64,000 bases of DNA, from the NCBI RefSeq assembly GCF_040400325.1, contig NZ_JBBAQK010000010.1, positions 7,698-71,697 on the forward strand, read 5' to 3'. The notes under the pieces are model-generated. The model was not told the DNA's origin, did not search any database, and was given only the letters and a program-made list of their open reading frames with translations. The position numbers and the translations under genes were made by a program. Positions 1 through 11,276 of the stretch are shown piece by piece (the stretch's first letter is position 1; each line of letters opens with the position of its first letter). This DNA comes from Polynucleobacter sp. (GTDB lineage: Bacteria; Pseudomonadota; Gammaproteobacteria; Burkholderiales; Burkholderiaceae).

Positions 1-1
1 C

Positions 2-760
2 TTCCCGCCCGGCGTGGACTATCGCGTTCCTGTGGTGGGCATTTGTGGCGAGAAAGGTAAAACGCCAGTTGCTGAAATGATTGCGCATTTTTTGCGCCTA
101 AGCAATCTTTATGTTGGCCTTTCTTGCAGCAAAGGTTTGTATTTTGGCTCCCGCGCTGTTCCCAATACCAATACATCGAATTGGGAAAATGCTCGTCGGA
201 CATTACTCAATCGTGCAGTTGAGGCAGTAGTGATTGAGAATAACCACCTGTCCATGTTAATTGAGGGTCTAGCTTATGATCGTTGCCAAGTGGGTGTTGT
301 TCTCAACATAGACCCTAAAGCCAACTTTCCGCAATATGCTATTTACGATGAGGACCAGATTTATAGCATTGTCAGAACACAAATTGATGTCGTATTGCCC
401 ACTGGTGTTGGCGTGTTAAATGCTGATGATCCGATGGTAGTTCCAATGGCAGAGCTGTGTGATGGTGAGATTATCTTCTTCACTGAAAATCCTCAGTCTG
501 AGGCAGTCAATACTCATCTGCAAAAAGGTGGGCGTGCAGTATTGGTTGGTAAGCAACAAATTACCCTGCGCTCAGGAAAACTTGATCAAAAGAGTATTCC
601 TGTACCCCCCTACTCTGAGCCTGATGCAGCCTCTCCTTGGAAAGCCATGAATTTGGGTGCCTCGATTGCCGCTGCTTGGGCGCTTGATATACCATTCAAT
701 GTTATTGAAGCAGGTGTCGAAACATTCGTCACTGACACACACACTGCAACAGGGGCTTAA
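2..760 (+). CDS. cphA: Cyanophycin synthetase-like protein, first copy (CphA'); 5' end truncated by the window edge; degenerate Mur-ligase-like domain
   Basis: Frame is open from base 2 (FPPGVDYRVPVVGICGEKGKT...). It aligns with the C-terminal half of the adjacent CphA (EGLAYDRCQVGVVLN vs EGLGFDRCEVAVVTN; GVLNADDP). Confidence 0.85.
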   Translation, partial: FPPGVDYRVPVVGICGEKGKTPVAEMIAHFLRLSNLYVGLSCSKGLYFGSRAVPNTNTSNWENARRTLLNRAVEAVVIENNHLSMLIEGLAYDRCQVGVVLNIDPKANFPQYAIYDEDQIYSIVRTQIDVVLPTGVGVLNADDPMVVPMAELCDGEIIFFTENPQSEAVNTHLQKGGRAVLVGKQQITLRSGKLDQKSIPVPPYSEPDAASPWKAMNLGASIAAAWALDIPFNVIEAGVETFVTDTHTATGA

Positions 761-3331
761 TTGGAAATCACCCGTATCCGTATGTTGCGCGGCCCGAATC
801 TATGGAGTCGCCATACTACCTTAGAGGCAATCGTCTCTTGCGAGGATGCTGAACGCTCGATTGACTCTATTCCTCAGTTTGAAAACAAAATACGAGAACG
901 CTTCCCACAGCTTGGCAGCATGCGTCGTGGTGGCCATAACGAAGTGCTATCACTGGCACATGCTCTAGAACATGCAGCCCTTGGGTTGCAAGCACAAGCT
1001 GGATGTCCAGTGACCTTTAGTCGTACTGTACAAACTGTTGATGTTGGTGTTTATCAAGTCGTGGTGGAATATATTGAAGAAGTGGTTGGTCGTATGGCCT
1101 TTGACTTTAGTTTTGCACTGATTCAAGCGACACTGAACGATGCTCCGTTTGACTTAGCTGCTGCCCTTTCTGAATTAGAGGCCTTATATGAAGACGTCCG
1201 ACTTGGTCCTAGTACAGGATCGATTGTGGACGCAGCAGTACAACGCAATATTCCCTATCGCCGCATGACTGAAGGCAGCATGGTGCAATTTGGCTGGGGT
1301 AGCAAACAAAAGCGCATTCAAGCAGCAGAGACTAGCGATACCAGCGCGATTGCCGAAGCCATTGCTCAAGATAAAGATCTCACTAAGAATTTACTGGCTG
1401 CAGTTGGAGTATCTGTTCCTATTGGTGAGGTGGTGACCAATGCAGATGATGCCTGGCGTGCTGCACAAAAAATTGGCGGTCCGATTGTGCTTAAACCAAA
1501 AGATGGTAATCAGGGGAAAGGTGTTGTCGCTAACATTCACACTGAAGAGAAAGTTCGCGCAGGGTTTTTAGTAACCCAAGCCTTTGGCCGTGAAACGATC
1601 GTAGAACGCTATCTTCAGGGTGCTGACTACCGTTTATTGGTAGTAGGCAATCGTCTTTCTGCTGCAGCTCGACGTGAGCCGGCACAAGTTGTTGGAGATG
1701 GAACTCATACCATTGCACAGCTTGTTGAAATAGAGAATAAAAATCCATTACGTGGTGATGGTCACGCTACAGCACTCACCAAAATTCAATTTGATGACAT
1801 TGCTCTAGCCCACCTTGCTAACTCAGGATTCACTCCTCAATATGTTCCTAAAACTGGTGAGCGCGTACTACTGCGCAATAACGCCAATCTCAGTACTGGT
1901 GGAACAGCAACTGATGTCACCGATGATGTCCATCCTGATGTTGCAGCAAGCGCAATTGCCGCTGCTCAGATGATTGGTTTAGATGTTGCGGGTGTTGATA
2001 TCTTGTGTGAAGCGATTTACAAACCACTTGAGCAGCAAGGTGGTGGCATTGTGGAAATCAATGCTGCACCTGGTCTGCGCATGCATTTAAAACCTTCATA
2101 TGGTAAGAGTCGTCCCGTTGGTGAAGACATCATCAATATGATGTTCCCGCTAGGCGAAGATGGGCGCATTCCTGTTGTGGCGATTACTGGCACTAACGGT
2201 AAAACGACTACCGTTCGCCTCATTGCACACTTACTCAATGAAACCGGCCTGCGTGTTGGTATGACTACTACTGATGGCGTTTATATCAATCATCGCCTGA
2301 TTGATACTGGTGATTGTAGTGGCCCCAAAAGTGCTCGCAATGTTTTGATGCATCCAGACGTAGATGCTGCTGTATTAGAAACTGCCCGTGGCGGCATGTT
2401 ACGTGAGGGTCTTGGTTTTGATCGCTGTGAAGTGGCTGTTGTCACCAATATTGGTGAAGGTGATCACTTGGGCCTAAACTACATTGCTAGTGTTGAAGAT
2501 TTAGCTATTCTCAAACGTGTCATTGTTCAAAATGTATCTCCTACAGGAGCCGCTGTTTTAAATGCTGCTGATCCGATTGTGGTCAAAATGGGAGATCAAT
2601 GTTCTGGTCGTGTTATTTTCTTTGCGCAAAATCAGCATCACCCCGTTATTGCCGCGCATCGTGCTAAGAAGAAAAAAGTAATTTACTTTGATGGCACTTA
2701 TATTATTGCGTCGAAGGGCTCGCGTGTGATGTATCGCTTCCCAGTAAGCGAAATTCCGTTAACTCAAAATGGTGTCTTAGGCTTCCAGATAGAAAATGCA
2801 ATGGCTGCCATCGGAGCAGCTTGGGCTATGGGCTTAGAGGCTGAAAAGATAGCCTGCGGTCTTCATAGCTTTGAAAGCACAGCTAATTCCGTACCGGGAC
2901 GCTTTAATCAATTCCAGCACAAGGGCGCTACCGTGATTGCAGATTACGGACACAATCCTGATGCGATGCGCGCTTTAGCAAGTGCAATTGAAGCGATGAA
3001 ACCTAACACAAGCCATGTCGTCATTAGCGGCGCAGGCGATCGTCGTGATGAGGATATTCGCGACCTGACACGCATATTGGGTAACTCATTTGACAATGTC
3101 ATTCTGTATCAAGATGCTTGCCAACGGGGTCGAGAAGATGGTGAAGTTTTGAAACTCCTACAAGAAGGTCTTGTAGGAGCACGCAAAGCAAAAAACATCA
3201 AAGAAATTCATGGTGAATTTGTTGCCATAGATACTGCATTAAATGATCTCTCGGCAGGAGATATATGTCTCATTTTAATTGATCAAGTAGAAGAATCACT
3301 TGCCTATCTTAAGAATCAAGTCAGACCCTAA
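761..3331 (+). CDS. cphA: Cyanophycin synthetase
   Basis: 856 aa. N-terminal LRGPNLWS, ATP-grasp domain (KPKDGNQGKG, EINAAPGLRMH) and Mur-ligase domain (GTNGKTT, ETARGG, DYGHNPDA). TTG start directly abuts the upstream TAA. Confidence 0.95.
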   Translation: MEITRIRMLRGPNLWSRHTTLEAIVSCEDAERSIDSIPQFENKIRERFPQLGSMRRGGHNEVLSLAHALEHAALGLQAQAGCPVTFSRTVQTVDVGVYQVVVEYIEEVVGRMAFDFSFALIQATLNDAPFDLAAALSELEALYEDVRLGPSTGSIVDAAVQRNIPYRRMTEGSMVQFGWGSKQKRIQAAETSDTSAIAEAIAQDKDLTKNLLAAVGVSVPIGEVVTNADDAWRAAQKIGGPIVLKPKDGNQGKGVVANIHTEEKVRAGFLVTQAFGRETIVERYLQGADYRLLVVGNRLSAAARREPAQVVGDGTHTIAQLVEIENKNPLRGDGHATALTKIQFDDIALAHLANSGFTPQYVPKTGERVLLRNNANLSTGGTATDVTDDVHPDVAASAIAAAQMIGLDVAGVDILCEAIYKPLEQQGGGIVEINAAPGLRMHLKPSYGKSRPVGEDIINMMFPLGEDGRIPVVAITGTNGKTTTVRLIAHLLNETGLRVGMTTTDGVYINHRLIDTGDCSGPKSARNVLMHPDVDAAVLETARGGMLREGLGFDRCEVAVVTNIGEGDHLGLNYIASVEDLAILKRVIVQNVSPTGAAVLNAADPIVVKMGDQCSGRVIFFAQNQHHPVIAAHRAKKKKVIYFDGTYIIASKGSRVMYRFPVSEIPLTQNGVLGFQIENAMAAIGAAWAMGLEAEKIACGLHSFESTANSVPGRFNQFQHKGATVIADYGHNPDAMRALASAIEAMKPNTSHVVISGAGDRRDEDIRDLTRILGNSFDNVILYQDACQRGREDGEVLKLLQEGLVGARKAKNIKEIHGEFVAIDTALNDLSAGDICLILIDQVEESLAYLKNQVRP

Positions 3332-3360
3332 TAGTGATTAGGTTGGATTAAAAGCTCCGA

Positions 3361-4359
3361 CTAAGAATGGTAATGCTGGAGCCGGTCAATTTCCTCTTTA
3401 GAACCCAACATCACTGATACTCGCTCATGCAAATCAGTTGGTTGAATATCCATAATTAATTCAGTACCGTTGGTTGATGCACCACCCGCCTGTTCAACTA
3501 AGAAACTCATGGGATTAGCTTCGTACATTAAGCGCAGCTTGCCAGGTTTATGAGGTTCGCGCTGATCCCAAGGATACATAAAGACACCGCCTCGAGAGAG
3601 CACACGATGAACATCTGCCACCATCGAAGCAATCCAGCGCATATTGAAATCCTTACCGCGCACGCCACTGGTACCAGCTAAACATTCGTCTACATAACGA
3701 CGAACTGGATCTGCCCAATGACGCATATTAGACATATTGATTGAAAATTCTTTAGTGGAGTGCGCAATGGTAACGGCATCCTTAATCAGCAAAAACTCGC
3801 CTGTCACTTTATTTAAAGTAAACATCACCACACCATCACCTAAAGTTAAGGCCATAGTTGTTTGGGGGCCATAGACCACATAGCCTGCAGAAACCTGATG
3901 ACGTCCTGATAATAAGAAATCACTTGTTTGTAGTGGCGCTGTTGGATCCTGCTTTTGCAGCACAGAAAAAATCGTACCAATTGATACATTGACATCGATA
4001 TTGGATGAACCATCGAGCGGATCAAATAAAAGTAAGTAATCGCCAGTACCTTGAACGGATAGCGGTAATTCCATTTCTTCAGATGCTAGACCTGCAAGTG
4101 ATTTACAGGTCTGCACTCCATCAATTAATAGATCATTGGCGATGATATCGAGCTTTTGCTGAACTTCACCCTGAACATTATCAGTACCTGCAGATCCCAG
4201 TAAACCAATTAATGCTCCTTGTGCAACCTCATGACTTAAGCTTGAGCAGGTATTCACTACCGCAATTAAAAGATCTTGAAGATCTGCGGGGACACTGGCA
4301 CCTTTAGGTTTAGCAGTTTCTAAATATTGCTTGAAATGGATACTATTTCTTGAGGTCAA
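3361..4359 (-). CDS. fbp: Class 1 fructose-1,6-bisphosphatase
   Basis: [40 protein letters not shown] motifs. GGAGAG SD before the TTG. Confidence 0.96.
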   Translation of the reverse strand: MTSRNSIHFKQYLETAKPKGASVPADLQDLLIAVVNTCSSLSHEVAQGALIGLLGSAGTDNVQGEVQQKLDIIANDLLIDGVQTCKSLAGLASEEMELPLSVQGTGDYLLLFDPLDGSSNIDVNVSIGTIFSVLQKQDPTAPLQTSDFLLSGRHQVSAGYVVYGPQTTMALTLGDGVVMFTLNKVTGEFLLIKDAVTIAHSTKEFSINMSNMRHWADPVRRYVDECLAGTSGVRGKDFNMRWIASMVADVHRVLSRGGVFMYPWDQREPHKPGKLRLMYEANPMSFLVEQAGGASTNGTELIMDIQPTDLHERVSVMLGSKEEIDRLQHYHS

Positions 4360-4426
4360 GGCTAACTCTCCGTTTGGGATACCAAAATAATCTTTAGGCT
4401 CTATTTTGCCTTGTTCTGAAGAGTCT

Positions 4427-7036
4427 CTAGTTTCGCAGTGCTTTACCCACTACTTCACGTAGATCTGGCGACAGGGTCTCGGATACTGAAACCCTCTCCA
4501 AAGCCGCTTTCATCTGATTTTGATAGGGCTGGGCAAATAAACGCCAACGGTCTAGCGCTCTGGCCAGACGGGCTGCAATCTGAGGATTCATTGGGTCCAA
4601 AGCCAAAATGCTGTCAGCCCAAAATTCGTAGCCACTACCATCTGCCTGGTGAAAACTGGCCGGGTTATTTGAGCAAAATGCATGAATCACACTGCGTACT
4701 CGATTTGGATTATTGAGCTTAAATGCGGGATGCTCGCGTAAACGCTTCACATCACTCAAAGTAGTCTCTAGCCCATCTACTGGTGGTCGCGCTGACTGTA
4801 AAGCAAACCATTTATCGATCACTAATGCATCATTCACGAAGCGGCCATAGAAGTCAGTTAAACATTCATCGGCCGCTTTAGAACCATGAATTACCATTGC
4901 AGCCAAAGCTGCATAGCGATCTGTCATATTGTCAGCAACGCGATATTGATTAACCGCCATTGGCGTCCATATAGCACCATCCGCCTCAAGCAACATATTC
5001 AAGGCTAAGTTTTTAAGCGCTCTCTTACCAGCACTCACTGCATCAGGCTTAAATGGTCCAGGAGTCTGCATTTGTTGATACAAGGCAGCCCACTCAAGCT
5101 GTAATTGCTTAGCAATTTCTCTGCGGAAAGCACGGCGCGCAGCGAAAATCTGCTGAGGGTCTACGCTACTACACTGCTCATAAAGATAGGTTTCTGCAGG
5201 GTGTGTTAAGGCCAGTTCTTTAAATGCAGGATCTAAATGAGGATCAAGTAAGAGATTGCGATAGGCCTCGATTAACTTTTCATCTGGCAAACGACGATTC
5301 AAAATCATTTGCATGGCTAATTTTTGACCAGCCTCCCAGCGATTAAAAGGATCATCATCGCCCGAGAATAAAGCTAACAAGTCGGCTTCGCTTTGTTCAA
5401 AATCAAGCTGTATTGGGGCAGAAAAATCTCGATTGATTGATAACACAGGGCGTGATGAAATTCCGTCAAACGTCCAAGACTGTGTTCTTTGGGTTAATTC
5501 CAGCAATATTTCTGCTTGATCATTAGCAGCTGTGAGTAAGCGCATTTTCAAGGGAATATGAAAAGCTTGTTTATCTGGCTGGCCAGGACTCGGTGCGCAA
5601 CTTTGCGTCAAGGTCAGATGAAATTGTTTTTTATCGGCGTCATATCGCTCTTCAACTTTGACACGAGGGGTTCCTGCTTGGCTATACCAATTTTGGAACT
5701 GACTGAGATCTTTTCCATTTGCATCAGTCATCGCAGCCAAGAAGTCATCGCAGGTGACTGCCTGCCCATCGTGGCGCTTGAAATACAGATCCATCCCTTT
5801 ACGAAAACCATCCCTACCTAACAGGGTTTGATACATCCGCACTACTTCCGAACCCTTTTCGTAGACCGTAACAGTATAGAAATTATTAATTTCTTGATAT
5901 TCATTAGGCCGGATTGGATGGGCCATTGGGCCCGCATCTTCAGGAAATTGTAATTGACGCAATAACCTCACATCCTCGATACGCTTAACAGCTCTACCAG
6001 AATCACCACCCATTTGATCAGCAGAAAATTCTTGATCTCGAAAAACCGTTAAGCCCTCTTTTAGGGATAGCTGAAACCAATCCTGACAAGTGACACGATT
6101 ACCAGTCCAGTTATGGAAATACTCATGAGCAACAACACTCTCAATATTAGCGAAGTCTGCGTCGGTCGCAGTTTCAGGCTGGGCTAATATAAATTTAGTA
6201 TTAAAGATATTTAAACCCTTATTCTCCATTGCTCCCATATTGAAATCACTCACGGCAACAATCATGAAGCGCTCAAGATCTAATTCCAAGCCAAAGCGTT
6301 TCTCATCCCAATGAATCGATGCAATTAAAGAATCCATTGCGTGTCGAGTCTTTGGAAGATCGTGTGGCTCAACCCAGATCTGTAAAAGCTTTTTAGCCCC
6401 ACTACTGCTAATGATTGTTTCCTCAATACACTCCAATTTACCTGCTACTAGGGCAAATAAATAGGATGGCTTTGGAAACGGATCTTCCCAAGTTGCGCTG
6501 TGCCAACCATTAGGCAGTTTTTCTGTTTTTAATAAATTACCATTCGACAACAAGACTGTATATTGTGCTTCGCGTGCGCGTAACGTCACATGATATTTCG
6601 CCATCACATCGGGGCGATCTAAGAAATAAGTAATTTTTCTAAATCCCTCTGCCTCGCATTGGGTAAAAAAGTTTCCATTTGAAACATATAAGCCCATTAA
6701 GCTTGTATTTTTCTCAGGAACGCACACACAGATAATTTCGACTATGAATTTCTCTTTACCTTCATTTGGTAAGGCTTGAATGGTAAGAGTTTCTGGTGTT
6801 AGCTCAAATTGACGGTGCGGTACTCCATTAATTCGCAGACTAACGAACTCAAGCTCATGGCCAACCAAGACCAAAGGTGCTCCAGGCTTAAAGCTTTTTC
6901 CTGGCAAGACCTCGATACGACTTTTTATAATCGTACGAGCAGGATCTAGGGCAATGTCGAGTTCTACCCGATCAAAGGTGTAAACGGGGGGATGATATTC
7001 GAGTCTTTGAAAGCTCTGCGCTAAATCAGTTTTCAT
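4427..7036 (-). CDS. pepN: Aminopeptidase N (M1 family)
   Basis: [25 protein letters not shown] (HEXXH), NPNRVRSV. Confidence 0.96.
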   Translation of the reverse strand: MKTDLAQSFQRLEYHPPVYTFDRVELDIALDPARTIIKSRIEVLPGKSFKPGAPLVLVGHELEFVSLRINGVPHRQFELTPETLTIQALPNEGKEKFIVEIICVCVPEKNTSLMGLYVSNGNFFTQCEAEGFRKITYFLDRPDVMAKYHVTLRAREAQYTVLLSNGNLLKTEKLPNGWHSATWEDPFPKPSYLFALVAGKLECIEETIISSSGAKKLLQIWVEPHDLPKTRHAMDSLIASIHWDEKRFGLELDLERFMIVAVSDFNMGAMENKGLNIFNTKFILAQPETATDADFANIESVVAHEYFHNWTGNRVTCQDWFQLSLKEGLTVFRDQEFSADQMGGDSGRAVKRIEDVRLLRQLQFPEDAGPMAHPIRPNEYQEINNFYTVTVYEKGSEVVRMYQTLLGRDGFRKGMDLYFKRHDGQAVTCDDFLAAMTDANGKDLSQFQNWYSQAGTPRVKVEERYDADKKQFHLTLTQSCAPSPGQPDKQAFHIPLKMRLLTAANDQAEILLELTQRTQSWTFDGISSRPVLSINRDFSAPIQLDFEQSEADLLALFSGDDDPFNRWEAGQKLAMQMILNRRLPDEKLIEAYRNLLLDPHLDPAFKELALTHPAETYLYEQCSSVDPQQIFAARRAFRREIAKQLQLEWAALYQQMQTPGPFKPDAVSAGKRALKNLALNMLLEADGAIWTPMAVNQYRVADNMTDRYAALAAMVIHGSKAADECLTDFYGRFVNDALVIDKWFALQSARPPVDGLETTLSDVKRLREHPAFKLNNPNRVRSVIHAFCSNNPASFHQADGSGYEFWADSILALDPMNPQIAARLARALDRWRLFAQPYQNQMKAALERVSVSETLSPDLREVVGKALRN

Positions 7037-7042
7037 GAATTC

Positions 7043-7048
7043 ATTTTA
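7043..7048 (-). promoter_or_regulatory. Putative -10 hexamer TAAAAT, 6 nt before the pepN ATG (leaderless candidate)
   Basis: Minus strand reads TAAAAT-gaattc-ATG. No SD. Confidence 0.55.
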
Positions 7049-7076
7049 AGTCTTGTCCTGAAATCTGGTAGATTTC

Positions 7077-7652
7077 CTAAAACCAAACCAGAGTGGCTAT
7101 ACCAATAGCAATGAAGGTGGCTGCTGCAACCGCATGCACCCATTTAATCGGCATACGTGTAGTGAATTTTTGACCAATCCAGACTGCTGGGGCATTGGCT
7201 AGCATCATCCCCAATGTAGTGCCTAAAGTCACAGAAAAAGCATCTGCATAACGGGCGCCCAATGCAATCGTTGCAATTTGGGTCTTATCCCCCATCTCCG
7301 CCAAAAAAAATAGTCCGGTAGTCAGAAGAAAAACTTGTAAGGCTCTATCAGCCACCTTTGTACCAGCAGCATCGTCGATATGATCAGGCACTAATAGCCA
7401 CAAGCCAATTCCCAAGAAACTCAGCCCTAATATCCAACGCATGACATCAGGAGATAAGATGGTTGTTAACCAATGGCCCAGTAAGGCAGCGCAAGCATGG
7501 TTTGCAAGGGTTGCAATAAAGATGCCGACAATAATTGCCAAGGCCTGCTTGGGATATCGTGCTGCCAACATTAAGGATAAGAGTTGTGTCTTATCCCCCA
7601 TTTCAGCTAAAGCAACCACACCAGTAGAGAGAAATAAAGCCGAATAATCCAT
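7077..7652 (-). CDS. TMEM165/GDT1 (UPF0016) family Mn/Ca transporter
   Basis: Two E-x-G-D-K-T-Q motifs (AEMGDKTQ twice). Start reassigned to MDYSALF at 7652 because the longer ORF runs through a terminator. Confidence 0.9.
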   Translation of the reverse strand: MDYSALFLSTGVVALAEMGDKTQLLSLMLAARYPKQALAIIVGIFIATLANHACAALLGHWLTTILSPDVMRWILGLSFLGIGLWLLVPDHIDDAAGTKVADRALQVFLLTTGLFFLAEMGDKTQIATIALGARYADAFSVTLGTTLGMMLANAPAVWIGQKFTTRMPIKWVHAVAAATFIAIGIATLVWF

Positions 7653-7708
7653 CAATTGAGTTTCTTCATATATCGGATCTATTAGGCCACAATTTCCCCC
7701 GCCAAAAT

Positions 7709-7742
7709 AAAAAGGCGGATCTCCTAAAAAGTCCGCCTTTTT
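7709..7742 (-). terminator. Intrinsic terminator downstream of ald
   Basis: AAAAAGGCGGA...TCCGCCTTTTT inverted repeat with A/T tracts on both sides, about 20 nt after the ald stop. Confidence 0.8.
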
Positions 7743-7764
7743 TACTATTACAGCAAATCGCTCT

Positions 7765-8883
7765 CTAAGCGGCAAAAAACTCCTCAGCCAACACAAAGTC
7801 TAATTTTTGTGCCTGTGCTACTGGCTGAGAAGTTAAAAACCCTTTGTGCACATTAAGACCGTTGCGCAAATGCAGGTCGATCGATAAGGCCTTCATGACA
7901 CCTCGGTTCGCCAAAGCCTCTACAAATGGATAGGTTGCATTCGTTAAGGCAAATGTAGAAGTCCTTGCTACAGCACCAGGCATATTTGCTACACAGTAAT
8001 GAACTACCCCATCTAACACAAAGGTGGGATCAGCATGAGTGGTTGGCTTAGAGGTTTCAAAGCAGCCACCTTGATCGATTGCCACATCGACTACAACAGC
8101 GCCTGCTTTCATTTTCTTTACTGTTTCTCGCTTTACTAATTGAGGGGCTGCAGCGCCGGGCAATAGTACTGCGCCAATCACCACATCTGCCTCAGATACC
8201 TCTTGCTCAATTAACAAATGATCGGAGTAAAAAGTTCGTACCCGATTTCCATAGAGCAAGTCAATTTGTCGCAGACGTTCAATATCTCGATCAAAGATAC
8301 ATACATCAGCCCCCATGCCCACTGCCATTTGTAAAGCATTTCGGCCTACTACACCGCCACCTAGAATCACAATCTTCGCGGCTGATACCCCTGGCACACC
8401 AGCCATAAGTACACCAAGACCACCATTAGTCTTTTCTAGATGAGTGGCAGCTGCCTGTATCGACATGCGTCCTGCAACTTCGCTCATCGGAGCAAGTAAA
8501 GGTAAGGCACCATGAATAGAGGTGACTGTTTCATATGCAATACAAGTCGCCCCCGAATCTAGTAAGGCTTTTGTTTGCTTTGGATCTGGAGCCAAATGCA
8601 GGTAAGTAAATAGGATTTGGTCCTCCCTAAGCATCGCGCATTCCTGCGACTGAGGCTCTTTGACTTTCACAATCATTTCAGCTTTGTGAAATACCTCAGC
8701 AGCACTATTGACTAAGGTGGCTCCGGCAATTCGATAAGACTCATCGCTCAGTCCAATTTGCTCACCTGCACCACGCTGTAGCAATACAGAGTGTCCTTGT
8801 TTACACAGCCCACTGACATTTCCTGGGGTTAAGCCCACTCGAAACTCATTATTTTTTACTTCTTGAGGTACGCCAATAATCAT
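7765..8883 (-). CDS. ald: Alanine dehydrogenase
   Basis: MIIGVPQEVKNNEFRV, MIVKVKEP, FTYLHLA, VDVAIDQGGCFETS, HYCVANMPGAV. Confidence 0.96.
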   Translation of the reverse strand: MIIGVPQEVKNNEFRVGLTPGNVSGLCKQGHSVLLQRGAGEQIGLSDESYRIAGATLVNSAAEVFHKAEMIVKVKEPQSQECAMLREDQILFTYLHLAPDPKQTKALLDSGATCIAYETVTSIHGALPLLAPMSEVAGRMSIQAAATHLEKTNGGLGVLMAGVPGVSAAKIVILGGGVVGRNALQMAVGMGADVCIFDRDIERLRQIDLLYGNRVRTFYSDHLLIEQEVSEADVVIGAVLLPGAAAPQLVKRETVKKMKAGAVVVDVAIDQGGCFETSKPTTHADPTFVLDGVVHYCVANMPGAVARTSTFALTNATYPFVEALANRGVMKALSIDLHLRNGLNVHKGFLTSQPVAQAQKLDFVLAEEFFAA

Positions 8884-8895
8884 GTTAATTTCCTA

Positions 8896-10278
8896 TTATT
8901 TAAATTCATGGTTGTTTTTTGTTTTCCGGTGTAGTCCCACGATGTAAAACATCGCTAGATAAATACCCAATAAACACGGACCTAATACCAAAGCGATCCG
9001 TGCATCCTCATGAAAGCCCATTAATACGATTACTAAAACAATAAATGCCAGAGCAAACCACGAAGAATAGGGCCACCAAGGCGTCCGATAGCTGAGCTCT
9101 GCTACTTGAGCCTTAGTTAATGAGCAGCGAAATTTCATTTGTGTGTATAGGATTGCGATCCAAACCATCAATCCAACAAAAGTCACCGCGGCCATGATGT
9201 ATTGAAAGGCTTTATCGGGCACAAAGTAATTAAGCACAACACCGGTCATAGAGACTGCGACTGTCCCTATTACCGCGCGGTGGGGGACAGCATACTTGGA
9301 TAGCTTTGCAAAGGGTGCGGGGGCATAACCATTGACCGAAAGTGCATAAAGCAACCTACCACCACTAAAGATTCCAGCATTACAAGATGAAAGTGCCGCT
9401 GTAATGACGACAAAATTGATGAGTCCTGCAGCTTCTCGCAAGCCAATGCGCTCAAACATCACTACAAAAGGACTGCCCTGCTGTCCCACTTCATTCCATG
9501 GAAAGATCGCAAGAATGACTAGAATGGCGCCCATGTAAAAAATCAAAATACGCCAAGCCAAAGAATCGATAGCCATTGGAATAGTTTTACGTGGGTTTTC
9601 CGCTTCACCAGCTGACAAACCAATCATCTCAATACCAACATAAGCAAATAAGACCATTTGTAATGAAAGCAACATGCCACTGATGCCATTTGGAAAAAAC
9701 CCTCCGTGCTGCCAAAGATTACTTAAACCAATTGGTTGCCAATCATTGGTAAAGCCAAAGAGGATGACAGAACCGCCCAAAGCAATCATGGCAACAATGG
9801 CCACTACCTTGATTAAGGCAAACCAAAACTCAAATTCGCCAAAAACTTTGACCGCTATGAGATTAATCAAGCCCATCAGAACAATGGATGAGAGTGCCCA
9901 AATCCATTGCGGAGTTTCTGGGAACCAAATGCCCATATAGATTCCCACAGCAGTCACCTCTGCGATACCCACCACAATCCAGTAGGTCCAATAACCCCAT
10001 CCGACCATATAACCAGCCAGTGGTCCTACATAATTATTGGCATACGCTGCAAATGAACCGGCTACAGGCTCATGCACCGCCATTTCACCTAAGCTGCGAA
10101 GCACAATGAAGGCAACCATTCCTGCTAATAAGTAGCCCAAAAGAATCGAGGGTCCTGCAATTTTGATCGCACTTGCTGATCCTAAAAACAAGCCGACACC
10201 AATCGTTGAGCCTAAAGCCATCAAACGAATGTGTCTTACTTTCAGATGGCGTTTTAAGCCGGTATGTTGAGTCTGCAA
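8896..10278 (-). CDS. APC/AAT-family amino acid permease, probably alanine-related given its operon with ald
   Basis: RHIRLMALGSTIGVGLFLG, GEFEFWFALIKV, about 12 hydrophobic segments. TTG start with AGGAGG SD. Confidence 0.9.
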   Translation of the reverse strand: MQTQHTGLKRHLKVRHIRLMALGSTIGVGLFLGSASAIKIAGPSILLGYLLAGMVAFIVLRSLGEMAVHEPVAGSFAAYANNYVGPLAGYMVGWGYWTYWIVVGIAEVTAVGIYMGIWFPETPQWIWALSSIVLMGLINLIAVKVFGEFEFWFALIKVVAIVAMIALGGSVILFGFTNDWQPIGLSNLWQHGGFFPNGISGMLLSLQMVLFAYVGIEMIGLSAGEAENPRKTIPMAIDSLAWRILIFYMGAILVILAIFPWNEVGQQGSPFVVMFERIGLREAAGLINFVVITAALSSCNAGIFSGGRLLYALSVNGYAPAPFAKLSKYAVPHRAVIGTVAVSMTGVVLNYFVPDKAFQYIMAAVTFVGLMVWIAILYTQMKFRCSLTKAQVAELSYRTPWWPYSSWFALAFIVLVIVLMGFHEDARIALVLGPCLLGIYLAMFYIVGLHRKTKNNHEFK

Positions 10279-10501
10279 AAGAGACCTCCTTTCGATTTGT
10301 CATTGGCGATTTACCAACGAAGCAAAGTCTAGGGAGGAGTTTGCGTAAGTACTAGAGCTTAAAAATAACTAAAGTGACTAATTAAATAAAAGTAAACACT
10401 AAAAAAAGGATTTTCCTTATTCACAAAGGCCCAGTTGTGAAATATTTTGTAATAGACTGCAAAAGAATACGTAACTTCCTACAGGGATTCCCCTTAAGGA
10501 T

Positions 10502-11254
10502 TTAAGGCTGAATAGCGATCAGATTTAAAATCTCTGCCGCAGCTGCAAAGCCACACGCTGCAGTAACCATCACAGTAGAGCCATAGCCAGAACAAGCCAA
10601 TCCTCCGCTAGAAGCGCCAGCTCTTGGTTCATGCGAGTAAATCGCACGCACTCCTATCTTCTTTTTCAGATTTCTAGAGAAACCATGATCTTGTCTCAAA
10701 CCTTGGCGAACTTTTGCCAACAAAGCGTCTTGCTCAGTTCGCGAAAGATCATCGCAACGTACTGAGGTGGGATCAGTCTTACCCCCAGCGGCACCGCACA
10801 TCACTAAAGAACGATTATGTTGAGTAGCCCAAATCACTAATGCAATTTTTGTCTGCACTGAATCGGTGGCGTCTAAAACCAATGCATTTTCAGGAACTAC
10901 TGCATCAAGCTTACCTGGCTCTAAAAATTCATCACAGATCGTTAATTGAATTTCTGGATTAATTTGCATCATGCGTTCGCCCATAGCCTGAACCTTGGCT
11001 TTGCCATACTGACCCTCTAAGGCATGCAATTGGCGATTGGTATTGCTCTCAGCAATATGATCAAAATCAACCAAAACCAAATGCCCAATACCTGTCCGAG
11101 CTAAAGCTTCCGCTGCCCAGGAACCAACTCCACCTAAGCCAGCAACTACTACAGTAGCTTGCTGAAAGCGCGCACGTAGCTCTGAACCATAGAGTCTGGA
11201 AACCCCTCCAAAACGCCGACTTTCTAAACTGTCTTCAACCTTGTCTTCTGCCAT
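10502..11254 (-). CDS. tcdA: tRNA threonylcarbamoyladenosine dehydratase (ThiF/E1 family)
   Basis: [55 protein letters not shown]. Confidence 0.88.
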   Translation of the reverse strand: MAEDKVEDSLESRRFGGVSRLYGSELRARFQQATVVVAGLGGVGSWAAEALARTGIGHLVLVDFDHIAESNTNRQLHALEGQYGKAKVQAMGERMMQINPEIQLTICDEFLEPGKLDAVVPENALVLDATDSVQTKIALVIWATQHNRSLVMCGAAGGKTDPTSVRCDDLSRTEQDALLAKVRQGLRQDHGFSRNLKKKIGVRAIYSHEPRAGASSGGLACSGYGSTVMVTAACGFAAAAEILNLIAIQP

Positions 11255-11264
11255 AGCTTCTCTT

Positions 11265-11270
11265 TATACT
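11265..11270 (+). promoter_or_regulatory. Putative -10 hexamer TATACT, 6 nt before the pdxH ATG (leaderless candidate)
   Basis: TTGTCT (11241-11246), 18 nt, TATACT, gaacaa, ATG. No SD. Confidence 0.6.
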
Positions 11271-11276
11271 GAACAA

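Noticed and set aside
7653-7796. N-terminal extension of the TMEM165 ORF and a possible yybP-ykoY Mn riboswitch
   Set aside because: The extension runs through the ald terminator and stop region. I found no yybP-ykoY consensus elements in the ~55-nt gap.
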